Assembly (NCBI GenBank): GCA_029953675.1
Contig: JAMWBK010000005.1
Location: forward strand, 186,001 to 250,000
Source: Rhodosorus marinus CCMP1338
Taxonomy: Eukaryota > Plantae > Rhodophyta
Reading direction: 5' to 3'
Length of the DNA stretch: 64,000 bases
Shown: positions 44,612-58,148 of the stretch, piece after piece
How the letters are laid out: each line of letters begins with the position of its first letter
Position numbering within the stretch: the first letter of the stretch is position 1
Position numbers and translations under genes: made by a program
The notes under the pieces: generated by a model
Told to the model about the DNA's origin: nothing
What the model saw: the letters and a program-made list of their open reading frames with translations, nothing else
The model's database searches: none

Positions 44612-46352
44612 TTTGTTTGAACTCTGCTTCCGGGTATCAGGCAACCCTAAAACTACTTTGCTTGAAGAAGACCCTCGCTGCTAGCATCCGCATCAATATT
44701 TCTGCGTGGGTTGTGTAGTCCTTGTTGAGCAAGCACGCGACCCACCAATCGTAATTTTGGCCGAACGACCTCGGGTGTCTAAGTGTCTATCGTTCATACT
44801 CAGGTGCGATTCATTCTGTCCCAAGCATCTGAAACCAACAACTAAAAGCGTTGGCTGATTGCGCAAGTAAATCCAACACCTATATGAAAATGCTCTCCGG
44901 ACATTCTCCAGCTGGATGTGCCGAACTCAGACCGCGGCAGCATCAAAAACAGCACACGTGTGGGTGCAGTGCAACAAGGTCGGACTCAATCTTCAACAAG
45001 AGATTGAAGGCATGCTCCTGGATTAATGAGCTTGCATTTTTTGCCGTTCAGCATGCAGATTTCCGAACCCGGTTGCCAGCGTAGAATGAAAAAAGGCCAC
45101 AATCCGGAGGCCAATGGCATATCGTCATCGTCCGACCTCCAATCTCCAATCTGGAATCTGCAACCCAACATCTCCTGGAGCCAGTTCCCCCCAAAAAGAC
45201 CCGCTTTTCACTCTATCCCAGTGCTCGGTTGCTCGGCACTCCTGCGAGAGCAAGAACCAAAACATTTGAGAATGCAATGGACCTGATTCCCTCTTGTTCC
45301 CACATGAGGCAATCTGATGTGTACGATGGCGCGAGACCGAGTAGGTTTGATGACGCAAGAGCTTACGACTGAGTAGTAGTTGAGTCTTGATTGGATGCAT
45401 GGTCGCGGTACTTTAAAAATAAAATTTAAATGACAAATTTCAAGAAATATTTGAGGGAATTGATTAGTCATTACGGGTTTCAAGTTCTTGATTATGATTG
45501 ACATATATGCCGTATCGAGACCCGGTCTCACCTGCGCTTTTGGGGCTGTGACCCCGAGGTCCCAATTATAGGCGTTGACATAGAATTGTCCGTTGCTGCT
45601 GCAGTAAAAAGCGGCTCGCAGCTTCACGTTTGCAATCGCGTTTGCCCGGCCGGCCGCGGATGAATCGCAAGGCTACCATCAGATCGCAATGCAGGGCGGG
45701 GGGTCTACGAAGAGCAAACCGAATCGGACTTGTTCCTGCGATGTCTCGTCGCGTGGATTTGCTCTCATAATCAATCATCATGCGTTATGGTCCGGGCGGT
45801 CATGCCTGCCATTTTTGCGTGGGGAAAATAGTGCTGAATCCAGTAGAGATTTCTCGGGTTCGGAAAATCTTGGCCAAAACGGGAGAGCTTAAAAGCGCTG
45901 CGGGTCATGTTTCATCCGGCAATCCGTGGAATTGCAACCGAGATGAGCTTTCGTGGTGACCTTCCCCGGCCAGTGTGACAACAAGCGTGTTTGGAGATAC
46001 CTTTGCTGTGAAACACTACTCCAATGTACAGGTGTTAACGTAGTTCGTTTTGCTAGGTCCAATAGAGCAGGTCCAGACTCTAGTGTCACTGGCATTCGTT
46101 AGTTCTAGAAAAAAACTGTGTCCGGCTACTAGGAAGATCAGTTTGGCAGTTGAAACGGCCCAAGATACATCGGCGGTTTAATCGAGTTGTAGTCAAGTCA
46201 AACAAAGAAATCCACAAAGCCTGTACATAAGCATGCTACTATTGTCATCCAGCATGTAGCAGCTTCTCGCCTTAGTCATATTTGCATTTTGTCAAGAGAA
46301 GGCGGCAAAGTAAGAAACCCTCCGAGACCAAAAAAAAGAAGAAGTTATTGAT

Positions 46353-47303
46353 CTATGCACCCGCATTGAGCAGGAAAGGTATCGAAGCGCGGGTTTCAGC
46401 TTTTCTGCCGGGGTAACAAACCGGTTCACTGCCACTGGACAAGTTAGAAAGCGTGGTGCTAGTCTCCATTCCTTTCTTCCTGGTCCACATTCGAGGACGA
46501 CTCCCGAAAACGTTGCCAATCACATTTGCGACTTCCTCTGCGATATGTAGTGCCTCCATAGCCTCATCTTCACTACAAATTGTCTCGTAGAATGCCGCCA
46601 CCCCTCGGACATGTCCTTGGACAATGATTGGGACCGCGAAGCACATTCCCAGACTTAGAGAGCTTGGTTCCGATACCTCGTTCTTTCCGCTTGATGGCGA
46701 AGATGGACAAAGGAACACACTCTGGCCCCTCATGTTCTCAATCGTTCTCTTCAACAATCCCGTCTCAGGCTGCAGCTTATCCTCCGCATGTTTTCGTTCA
46801 AGTTCGTTAAAAAATTGCAGCTCCTCGCCAGATAGGTTCTTCTCAACTTTATGGGTGTTCAGTTCCATAGTAGCCACCGCCGAGCCGGGTAGCCTAACAA
46901 CAGACCAGAACTCCGCATACTTCCAACCCCTCTTGTTGACAATCAGATCCAAAAGTGGCATGGTTGCTGTCTCAAGGTCCTGCGCTGATGAAACAACCTT
47001 CTCGATCCACTTGTTCATCCTCTTCCTATCTGTCATTGCTAGCTGTAACTGCAAGTCCTTTGTCTCCTCCAGCAGCCGATTCAAAACGTACATTGTATGG
47101 TCAATAACCTTAGCGCGATGGTTGACGCTCCCGTCCGACGCCACACCTGGAATAGTACTCGCAAGTTCCTCAAACTTCCTTGCCATCTTGTCACGATACC
47201 GTTGACAATCCTTCACATGCTTATTCTTTGCCAAACCGCTAGATGGTTTCTTCACCACCTTCGCAGCTGCCACAGGGCCTTCCCGAGATACGCAGCTCAC
47301 CAT
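46353..47303 (-). CDS. bHLH domain plus C-terminal GAF-like domain protein (putative transcription factor)
   Basis: bHLH: KHVKDCQRYRDKMARKFEELASTIP...HRAKVIDHTMYVLNRL, then a leucine-zipper-like stretch. GAF-like: RGWKYAEFW...MCFAVPIIVQGHVRGVAAFY. First ATG at 47303. Confidence 0.75.
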   Translation of the reverse strand: MVSCVSREGPVAAAKVVKKPSSGLAKNKHVKDCQRYRDKMARKFEELASTIPGVASDGSVNHRAKVIDHTMYVLNRLLEETKDLQLQLAMTDRKRMNKWIEKVVSSAQDLETATMPLLDLIVNKRGWKYAEFWSVVRLPGSAVATMELNTHKVEKNLSGEELQFFNELERKHAEDKLQPETGLLKRTIENMRGQSVFLCPSSPSSGKNEVSEPSSLSLGMCFAVPIIVQGHVRGVAAFYETICSEDEAMEALHIAEEVANVIGNVFGSRPRMWTRKKGMETSTTLSNLSSGSEPVCYPGRKAETRASIPFLLNAGA

Positions 47304-50300
47304 GTCGCTACCAACAACCAAAAAAAAAAACGAAACCCAAAACACACCAGCCCTACGACCTTCCTACCTATGTCACATCTCTTCCCCGCTCGTGCTCATT
47401 AGCCAAGGATCAAAAAATCCTTGCTCCAGAGCTATAAAGTCTATAACTGCCGCTTCCTTTCCACCAAAGTACGGCCGGCAAGGCAGCGCACCCCACAGCT
47501 TTGGTTTAGTTTCCGGAACACACGTTGCTGTACAACAGCTTGCGCCATTTTCCGAATGATTTCTGATGGCCCAAAAATCAAGCTATGGCTGGAAACTACA
47601 AAATTCCGGTTTTGTACCCGTATCCAAAATGTTCTGTAGATTATTCTTTTATCAGCCAGCCCCAGTCTGTTGGCAACCCCCCTCAAAAAAGCGCTTCAGC
47701 ACCTTGGGGGAAAATATCTTGCATAGGATACCAAAATTCCCTACATTATCAACCAAGGAGACCAGATTAAGTATTTCTAGAATCAAGTTCATATTGTAGA
47801 ATTTAACTCCGACCAGAGCCTAATTTGATATTCTTCTCACCCTAATTAAAATTTAATAACCAATATTTTTAGATTCTTTTCCAGAAGCTTGGGAAAACAT
47901 GGTTCAGGGCGTTAACGCTGCTGATTGGAAAACGTCAAAGTTGTGGAGGCCATTTAATTGGACTTCAGCCTATGTCCAAAGCCAAAACCCTCTCAGATTG
48001 AATGAACAGGATTAGATTCGCGTTCGTTGAGGTTGCAATTGGTTGCGTGTTGTTTACACGATTCGGAAATCGGTTTCAAAATTTCCGGATTCCAAGGGGG
48101 TCCGGAGATTGCCTATCTATTCTGGAAGGCGAAGGTGAGTACCAATCAAGAAGGAGTCTCGTCAGAACTATCCTGGATACTCTAGTTCTAGCCGGTGCGA
48201 TCGATATATTACATTCTATCGAAGAAAAAATGAATGGAAGAATTCCGGAATAGTATTTAGATCCCCGGATCATTCTTGATTTAAGTAAAGGTGAATTTGA
48301 ATCCTTGAGTTTCATTTGCTGATAGTATCTGTTTGTCAATTAATCGATAGGACACAAATGTTTTTTTAATATTTAATCCCCTCCTTGACTGGGTCCAGAA
48401 TCGCGCGCGAGAAAATGACCAGGTGCAATCCCTGTCCTGAGAGGGCTTTCACATTGACCCGCAGGCGACCTTCTACCGCAGACGACCTTCTAGCGCAGAC
48501 AAGCCAGCCGGCAACTCGCTAAACTCCTGCTGACCGCACTGGTTGCTCCTCGCATGGACCGGGAAGCACCCTTCTGGTCAGACGGACTCGCCGAAGCACA
48601 ATTTCCCTTCGGTCTGCCGGGGTTGCCTCTGGGTGATGTGTCACAATCGTTCTCACGCGAAGCGAGGAGTTTAGTCAACCGTCGGTGAAGCAGCATTGGG
48701 TACTGTTGCAGTACTACGCAGTACTGGTGTACTAGTGGAGAATGGTTCTGTCAGTGCCAGCATCGACCTCGGGCTATCTTTCCGGCACAGTCAGTCTTTC
48801 ATTGTCGGGGTAGATAGCTATAGTTCTGGAAGGAATTCATGGAAGACTCTGATGACTTTCAAGATGCGAATCGAAACGAATCTTCAGGAACATTGCAATA
48901 AGGCCTCCCTTCGACTTCACCTACTCACGCGCCTGGCACCCCGTCCACCACAAGGCGTTTTAGACAGAGTTCAACGGTTCCGAGGGTGGGGGGGGGCCCA
49001 ATAGCGTGAGAAGGAAAAGCGCTTTCCCCTAAATGGGGTGCCTATGGCGGAATTGTGCCTTGCAAAACGGGACCTCACGCGAAGGACTTCTACAATCTGC
49101 CAGGTGGCCATGAATTGCTATCCATTCTATATCTCCCTTGGACAAGATTTTTCTTTAAATGCGATTACGACTGTCGCTGGCCGCCGTGGAAGCAAAACTC
49201 GCGCGAGTTTACGCGCCACTAGCAAAAATATCTCAAACACCTGAAGCCTCTCCCTATTGGTGAAGGTTTTTTCTTCATGAAAACTGTTTACGTTTACCAA
49301 AATTCAATATGCAAGTGGTATCTCTGGGACCGGCGAAGGTCCAATCATTCTCACAGGACGGCATATGAACAAGCAATTTCAACGGAGGAAGACCCAGGGA
49401 AGGTGAAAATCACGAGACTAATTCTTTTTAGTCGGAGTAGGGTTACTGAGCTCAAACTAGGAACAATTCCCGCATCCCCAAACTAGGCCAATCCGGAATA
49501 AATATTTTTATTTTGAAAAAACAATATGTCTATATTTACGACGAGACTCTATCCCCAGACGTTAGGAAGAACCTGAGAGGGTTTCCGCTCCTCATGCTAC
49601 CCAGAGGCTCAATTCATGAGGAACTCGGCGCTGAGCGAATTCCGCGTGCCGTACCCACCCCTTCCATGCACAGTGCAAATCATCTCCCTTTTTCCTAAGA
49701 AAAAAATATAGCGTCTGAAACTGCAAAATATGCAATTCTAGCTCACTGTGTGGTAGTTTCGCCGCCCTCCAATAATATCTCAAACGAACGCTCCTATACT
49801 ATTGGTAATGCGCTCGTCCGTCTTACCAATAAAAATATAGTATTTTGTTCCAACACTATTTTTCTTCTGTATTTAAATTTTGACCAGACCAATGATAAAC
49901 CTCTGATTACCGACGGTATCTTCATATCATTGAATAAAAATGATGGAGTTTTCGTGCCCGTGAACGCGTATCACATTGTGTCTTGGCTGCAGAGCCACTC
50001 GCGGATCCCTGTGACACCCAGGAAACAGCTCCCCTAGATTGCTTGCACTTCCATAAAGTTCTGCTCTGCTCACATGCTCGTTCGAATCGGTCAGGACTTG
50101 ATGTTGGCATTCCCCGTTTTGCTGCTGTCTGCAACCAAGAGCAACTGGGAGCAACCCAGGACTTGCGAATTTTAGGCAACCATTAAACTGATCCGTTAAT
50201 TTGAGACTGCTTTCAATTGCGCGTTCGTACGCAGTAACAATTTCTTTTGGTGAGGTACTGAGAATCTCAGACAGATCTCGTTCCTGCACTGGAGTGTACT

Positions 50301-51454
50301 AGTGTTCCTACGAGGACTCCCTGTCCCCAGTTTCCGCGTTTTTGACTGACTCCAAATTGAACTTGCTTGTGTTGCGCCGTTCGATTCTTCGAAGCAATCG
50401 GTTTTTTCCCGATTAGCAAAAGCCTAGCGCCACTATTGGCAGCTCAAAGCGAACCTTGCCGGCTGGGGTTCGGACCAACACTGTCCATTTCTGCGTAACG
50501 AAGAACTTGATATTATGGAGAACAGCTGGAAATCGGGAGTGCGGTGCGGGGGAACCCTCTTGTTAAACAGCAGTAACTAGGCACGGAGTGCCACTACATG
50601 TGGAGACCAAAGCTATCTGCGTTCACAAATGCACCGAAATCATGCTAGCATCCACTCCCACGAGGTAACGGGCTGGTTGGAGAGTCGTTTTGAGTGCAGT
50701 CGAGCTTCTACGGGTTTCATTTAGCAGAAGAACATGCGACAGATGGTTATTGTCCTCAAATGCCTTCCTCCCTCAGTCGCAAGAGTATCGTTCGGGACGG
50801 AGCTTCAAGAAGAGTGCAAATGTTTATGGGCTAGCTTTGCCAGCGAGCTATTGCTACGACCAGCATCTGACCGTTTGCTCCGATCGTAGTGCTTGAGTCA
50901 TGCGCATGACATATTCAAACTATGCAACCGCTTTGTTGTTTTTGTGGTGCAGAATTTTGTAAGCTCTCACCGCCATCGCTCGTCGTATCGGCTTACGTTT
51001 TCCGGAACAACTATCCCGTGACATAGATATGCGACGAGCGTTTCCACACGAACCGTACGCATCCCGTCATCTTGTGGCCTAGCGCTGGGACCCAGGCGAG
51101 TTTTTCGCGGTAACCCGAATCGCTGCTCAATCCTATGCGTCATCAACCCCAAACTTCAACGACAAATCAGCAAGCGCATGACGCAGAAAGCCCGGTAGGC
51201 GTCCAGTTGCTAACAGCGCTCGCAGTTAGCACAGTTTGGCAAAACGACTCCGTTTCGAAACAAAACATCGCTCAAGAGCCAAGCGTGGCTTATTTGTCAG
51301 TGGTTCCTTAGCACTTGGGCTTGAGCTAGGGTAGAGACCTCATCGCTGAAAAAAAAAAAATACACGTCCTCTCCGAACAATCCAATAGCATACACAAACT
51401 TTTGCTGTCTTTAATAACGCTATCCGATGAACTATAAGCCCGTAGTCAGAAAAA

Positions 51455-52695
51455 TTACGCAGATTTGGGCTTGGCCTGCGCAGCCTTGTTCTTCGACATT
51501 GAGTACAGGAACGTTCCAACGATTGCAACGATGCTTCCCACGGCATTGAGCGGCATTACCTTGGTCTTGAAGAAGACGATCGACGCACCAATAATGATGA
51601 CCCGCTTGATCGTGTTACCGACGGAGAACGTCACCGGGGATACGTTGCCGAGAGCGAGGTAAGACACCTCGTTGTAGAGGTGGTACAGCAGACAAGAGGA
51701 CATAAAGTACCGGAACAAAGTCGCGAAGGGAATTCCCGCTGCGACCATGGCCGGAATTCCATTGTCAAAATAAATTGCAAACGGTAGTTCCATGAGGAAC
51801 GCCATAATTGAAATCAGTCCATAGATGTTCTCGCTGGATAGAGTACTATCGCTCTTGTAATCCGCCATTGTAATCTTACTGAACACGTTCCTCATCGCGA
51901 AAGCAAAGTTGCTGATCATCGCGGTAATGAAGCCCATCCACGTGAAAGTCAGCTCAGTCGCGGAGGAGAGAGCGACACCAAAGATAATGGGTATCAACGT
52001 CAAGTAGACATAGAACGGGTACGCCTCGCCTAGAAAAGCGGCGGCGCATACTGCTCCGAACACGGGTTCTGCGGACTTGACAATGTGAGTAAATGAGATG
52101 GCCACGGAGGAGAAGCTTAGGCATGACATGATATGGCCCAGAGTATGAGCAGCAGCTGGCAAAGTCAGAGCCTTGAGCAATCCCCAAGAAACATTTGGCC
52201 TCTTTCTGGTGCCGATGAGCCATTGAATCGTGCAATAAGTCGCGCCAACACCGAGCTGAACGAGGGAGAGGGTCCATGGATAGGACCACATGTTCAGGGT
52301 CTGCTTGTTGATGATGTTAAAAATCACGTTCAGGAAGTACCACAGACCAAAGTAGAACCCAACCTTCATTGTGCTAGCTCCTCCGGTTGCCTCCGGTGCT
52401 GCGGAGGCCGAGCTAGCCAACAATTTCGTTGAGGAGCGGTCGAATTTACCCATTGGAAGCAGAGCGCATCGGGTGGGCGCAACTCGGCTCTGAGCAATGC
52501 GACCTAAGTATCGGTAAATGATGGGCACCGAGCACGACAAGCGAAAAGGTTAGAAAAAGCAAGATAACTTGTCATTTCGTTGAGGCGCCAAGCAGTGGCG
52601 TTACCTGCTCGCGTTTCCTTCTGCAGAGGGGTTGAGACCCATTGCGAACGCCCCAAAACACTCGATCCCGATCCCGCAACAAAACCAATAGCCAT
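51455..52695 (-). CDS. TPT: Plastid triose-phosphate/phosphate translocator (TPT family)
   Basis: Exon 1 (52695-52605) encodes the transit peptide MAIGFVAG...; intron 52604-52504. Motifs FGLWYFLNVIFNIINK, SFTHIVKSAEPVF, YHLYNEVSY and VGNTIKRVIII. Confidence 0.93.
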
Positions 52696-54346
52696 CTTTC
52701 CCTAGCCCCGAAAAGCTCGACGCTGCGATCCTCTTCTACTTCTCACAATAACCGATTACTTTCCTACGAAACACTGAACCAGTATCGTTCCTTTCAATAC
52801 TAACTAATGCCAAACACAACCTGGACTGGCACTCAACTACCTATACCTTATACCTTACTAAGCCCGGCAGTGCCTCTCGCTAGCGTCGTCTCCTCTAACC
52901 TATCAGATCTTCTCGCTGAGGCTGTCGTACAAGCAAACAGTTTCTTAAAGAAATAAGTCAGGATCGGCTACAACCTCGATTTAATGGCGGTTCTCACCCG
53001 CCTGCTAGCCTTTTTGCGATGGGCCTACCCCCTGCCCGCTGTCACGGGGACGAAAGTGTTTTCTGGGATTCTCATATCATTTTGGGTTGGAACAAATATT
53101 CCCTGGCCTAGTCCCTCCGGGCGATGAATGGAGGTGACTCTTGAATATCGATTAGGATTTGATTGTCAATGGTAAACAATTGCAACAGTAATCATTTCGC
53201 AGATTTCATCTTATGAAATCTGAAATATGAGTCCCAGGGTCAAGCATATCTGTCATCTCACCCCTTTTACCAAGTTTCTGCTCCCGATCTCTAGGGTTTC
53301 GGATTGCTTCTTGAATCGCAAATACAAACCGAGCGAAAATTTCTGGGGGTAACTCGTTATCCCAAATGAATCAAATTAATTGTTTATTCAGAAAATCTAA
53401 TGACACTTAAACATGCAAGAAGAAATAAATGTATCTTTTTATTTTACAAAATATATATTCCGCGAAGCCCAGCTATTTAAGATACTTTCACTGCAGCGAC
53501 GTTCTTGTTTTCAAACCCCCCACCAGAGTGTCAATCCCCAACTGAAGTTTAGCTCGTTCCCATGATGCGGCGATCTCAATTCATTCCAACCCCAACCCCC
53601 CCATTCTTCTCCCTCTCTACCCCCGGCGAGCCCCGTCCATTCCTTTCTCACCTCTCTGGTTTCATGGAATTTCGGTTCCCCAATTCAGTTTCAGCTAGTC
53701 ACTAGAAATCGAGTAGAACATTTTAAAATGTTTCTAAATATCGAATATTGAAAAGATGGGGTTGAATCCAAGAATAAAAAATTGGGTTCCATCCATTCCG
53801 CCTCTATCTTGAGTACCCCCAGACATCGGCAACAGCAAAAAAAAAAAAGGAACATCTGCACTGACGTCGGATTCACAGTAGGCCCTAGATTATTCACAAA
53901 AAAAACAAACACAGTACAGACCTTTTTGGTAGGCCCCCCTTGGATGATGAGATGGGCTGGGCGTTTGGGACTAGGTATAGTTTATTGTATTCCAATAAAT
54001 CCGGTAATATTGGTTTGGTTTGTACGTTGACTTTGTCCAGCCTGTACTAACCGAATTTGGTCTTGTACCTTTTTCTTCTCCGCGGTTTCCGGTACGGGTT
54101 GGGATGGTGCTAGTCGTGTGCTCTGTCTCTGCTCCTACTCAATTCTTCTCCGCCTTGACCTAGGTGGATATTTCTACAAGTTTTACAATCATTGGATGTT
54201 GAGAATTAGGGAAATTTCTCCTCTCCTCTCGGAACATGCCAGAGTTGGGCTAGGTTCTTTTTTCGCGCTGGGCGTTTGACGAAGCGGAGTGAGTAGTGGA
54301 AACCAACTCGAACGCCCTCTACCTGTCTATCAACCCGTGAGTTTAG

Positions 54347-54808
54347 ATGGCCCGGGCCGCCCGTTGTGAACTGAAAGCAGCCCTTCGCTCTTCCGTGGCG
54401 AAAACGTACAAGCGAGCTAAGTTCTGGACAGGAGCGAAATTTACTATAAAGAATTTTTATGATCTTGTGTTTAGGGACGTATCAGGCACGTCTCATGCTT
54501 CCAGTGAAAAGCTCTTTCCATTTCGACTCCAGCGGAAGCTGAACTCTTCATCCACTTCTCGGGTGTGGCTTGCAACCCTGTTCGCGGTGCTAGTGTCATC
54601 CGGAGAAAGCGCTAGCGTGCTATACAGAAAAAAGAGTGCGGAAGGGTTCTCCCTAGTGCCTCAGTGTCCGAGGGAACAAACTATCAGAGATACGACCGTG
54701 AGAAGTTGGTATGCTTTGAAGCTGTATGCAGTAGGCGCGCCCCGCTGTCGTTCTCGGCGACGGTCCCTTGCTGAAGGTCGGCAAGAGTGTCCGGCTTCCT
54801 CTCCTTGA
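54347..54808 (+). CDS. Hypothetical ORF (153 aa)
   Basis: ATG-started ORF converging on BRE1. No recognised motif. Confidence 0.2.
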   Translation: MARAARCELKAALRSSVAKTYKRAKFWTGAKFTIKNFYDLVFRDVSGTSHASSEKLFPFRLQRKLNSSSTSRVWLATLFAVLVSSGESASVLYRKKSAEGFSLVPQCPREQTIRDTTVRSWYALKLYAVGAPRCRSRRRSLAEGRQECPASSP

Positions 54809-54885
54809 CAGTCCGTTCCAAATTGAAACGAGCGTAACTGCAAGCTGCACTTCGCCATGCTATAATATGTGTTGCAAGCGCATCC

Positions 54886-57800
54886 CTAGGAAAAGTATAT
54901 AGGCCTCACTTCATCGTTGCTGAAGTTTTTCCCGCAGATCGGGCACTTTCTGTTCCTCTTGGTGACCAGGTCATCCACGCACTGCCGGCTAAACAGGTGC
55001 CCGCATCTCAGCAATACCACTTCTTTGGGTCTGTCAGTCTTCACGGAACAGTTTCTGATCTTTCTGTACTCGCGCAGCAGCTCGTCCTTAGAAAACTCTA
55101 CACCAGAGTCGTCCTCTTCCGCCTGCCCTTCCTTTTTCTGCAACGAAACCAACATGAAAGCGCACTTCTGTTCAGAAACTAGCTTCAATAATAACAACAA
55201 CAACAACAACATGCGCAACGTTAAATCTTCCCGGTGCTGCTGCCCATGGAAGCTTGCCAGAACAATGATTTAGTGGACGCCTTACACTCAATCGACGCCT
55301 TAAAATGGCTACTTGCTCTTCTGCCTTCTTCGTGTTGAACCTCTCCTCCTCAACCTCAGTCACCACGGAAAGCGCTCTTGACTGCGCCGCGTTCTTCGCC
55401 TTCTTCAGCTCCTCTGTTTCTGCCTGTGCCTGTCTCGTCTTTCTTTCGGCCTTCTCAGACGCCGCAGAGAGCGTTTCTGCCCTCTGCTCGAGCAAGCCGA
55501 CCTCTTCCTGGCACTTTTGCACTACTTTTTGGACCTCGTCCGACAAATGCTTGGAAGCGGTCAACAGCGCTTTAAGCGACTTGTTCTGCTCCTCCTCTGA
55601 CTTGAGCCGTACTTGCATGGTCTTCGATTCCTCCCGGATGCTGATCACCTGTTGTCTATACCTGAGCCGTTCTTTTTGCTCCTGAACGAAGCACAGAGAA
55701 CCGTCAAAGCCAACATTAGCATTTGCAGTTTTTGGACGCTCTAGCCAGTTTTTCGGCTCCAGAAACCTTTTTTAGAGCCTCCACTGAGTCAGTGTATTTC
55801 TTTTCCAGCTCCAGCTTTTCCTTCTCAAGGTTTGACATTTCAGTTGAGAGCGATTCCATCTCGTCGTAGAGGCTGTCCGAGTTTTGCTTTTCAACTTGCA
55901 GATCATTTCGTAGACGGCTGATCTCATCGTCCTCCGAGAACTATTGAATGCAACCGACAAGATCCGGGGTCAGATTAAGGATTGAGAAAGATTTCTCGTC
56001 ACACAGGATACGCAAGATCATCATTTGGCCTTCTTCTTCCAAGGAGCCAAAACAATTAGCGCCTCCTTCGTCTACTTCGCAAAGCTACTTGATCAGCCTG
56101 GTTTGACTATTGATCCACATGGCGCGCCAACTTTGGCCTCGCTCTGGAAACCGTAGTAACACCAAATCATCACTCGAATATACTTGGCAAAGGATAGAAC
56201 TAAGGTATCTCGCAACACGATGCTGACTGACCTTGATACCACTCGCGAGCTTGTTTTCGGCTTCTTCTATTCTCTGCCGAAGGGCAATCATCTCCTGCAC
56301 GAGGTCTGTTTTCTTGCTCACTAGCTTCCTCTGCAGGTATGAAACACGAAACGCGTGGGTTGGCGCAAGCGATTTCCAGATCTTGAAATGATCTTGACGG
56401 TTGATGAGCTCACATTAGCTTTCTGTAGCTCATCTACTTGATTTTCCAACAGAGTCCTCTTCTCGTCTGTGCTGCTATCGAGCTTTCGCCACTCATAGTG
56501 AAGAGAGATCTTGTCCCGAGAAGCTTTCGCTTGCTCGGCACTCTTCGTAGCCTCACCAAGTTGCCTTTCCAGCACCTTCAATCGTCTCTTGTAGTTGTCT
56601 CTCTCAGACCTGAGCGAATCCTGAAGAAGACAACAGCAGGAGCTCATATATTAGCTTTTGCGCCAATGGCCTAAGTATCAACGACTGGGATTCGATAGCC
56701 CTACCTCGTACTGAGCAACGATTGCATCTCTTTTGCTTAACATTGCCCGTCGCTCCTGGTCCCAACGCTGTTCCTTGAGGACGAGCTTCAGGAAAGAAAA
56801 CAAGATGAAGGAGGGTGTTAGAGCAAAGGCTCTCGTCCAAGCCAAAGTCTATTACTATCTGTTTTGCTTCATGTAGATCGATCGACCAGACGCGAAATCC
56901 GCGTGGCGAAACCTCACCTCTTGCAGATTTGCTTCCATTGTCTGGTAGAGTGCACTGCCAAGCACGCTCTGTACAGACGGCGTATCACGAGCTTGGTTGT
57001 TCCTTTCAAGTTCTTCTCCCAACTTCTTTCTAGCATCGAGTCCCTGTGCAAGTTGTTCTTCCAACACCTCTATCTTCGCTTTGAACTCGTGTACTTGATC
57101 AGCATTTGAGGTATCGGGGTTTGTCGCTGAAGCCTTCGGAGTCTCGGGGGCACCCTCCTAGGGTTGGACACGGAATCACTCCTTTCAGAGAAATGGACTA
57201 ATAGGGAGTCGACTCCTCGTCATCGTCTAGCGCTACCAACCAACCTCCTTTCCCTCAGGCTCACTCTTCTGGCCAAACGCAATGGTGGACTGAAGCTTTG
57301 TTATTTGGTTCCGGCGACGCGAAAGCTCGGCTTTGGAATCCTCAAGCTGCTCTTCCAGGGAGGCTATTTTGTCGTGAAGCTCAGTCTCAGCCCCGGCTCG
57401 CTTTGTCAGGAGGTCATTAGAACGCTTCAGACGAGCATGTAGCTCATCAGATGACTTTCGCGCCGTCTCATCCCCATTTTTTAGTGAGGACTCCAACTTG
57501 TCTTCAACTAGCTCTACAATCTGCGCGAGCAAACGATTCACTGCATCGGATTTAGCCGAGAGGGATTCATCACGAATACTACTAAATCCGTCCGCCTGCA
57601 AGATCGCCTCCGCAACGGCTGACGTAGTCTCATCAACTTCAATATCTTCCCCTTCCGCACCAAGTCGGGCTAGAGTTAGAGTAAGATCCTCTTGAACGGA
57701 AGTAAGATACAATATTGCGCTCTTGCAATCCCCATCTGCCCGCGAGAGGTCGTCCTGCAAGTGAACCACCTGTTTTTCCAGAATGGAAACCTTTTCGACT

Positions 57801-58148
57801 TGCTCTCTCGTGAGGGCACTTAGCTGGTTGCGCTGCAAAAGGAGTACCTTTCCCCTATGTTTGGACAAAACAAAGGAGAGACGACGTATTATTTAGTTAG
57901 CACAGGAAGAAAGCAACTGACGAAGTCACAGCAGGTTTGGAAAAGGATGTTTAATAGGGCTCTGCCTCAGCTCACCATTCTGTTGACATGTCCTTTTCAT
58001 CGTCACCGGTGAATGGTACCGAGAACGGCATCAAGAGAACATCGACGGAGACTGGTTGAGCACTGGAAGCATCTCCCTGTGCTTCTGTCCTAAGCTGCTT
58101 TGACGGCTGATCAGCATTCTTCCCGATTAAGGATCGTTTTCGATCCAT
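54886..58148 (-). CDS. BRE1: BRE1/HUB1-like E3 ubiquitin ligase (long coiled coil with C-terminal RING), multi-exon
   Basis: C-terminal CSVKTDRPKEVVLLRCGHLFSRQCVDDLVTKRNRKCPICGKNFSNDEVRPIY matches the Bre1 RING. Coiled-coil exons upstream are joined by GT-AG introns. Confidence 0.85.
55187..55210 (+). repeat. (AAT)2(AAC)6 microsatellite, within a BRE1 intron
   Basis: AATAATAACAACAACAACAACAAC read directly. Confidence 0.85.

Noticed and set aside
47400-51400. Many 60-120 aa ORFs between the bHLH gene and TPT
   Set aside because: No motifs recognised; possibly decayed sequence, but nothing supportable.
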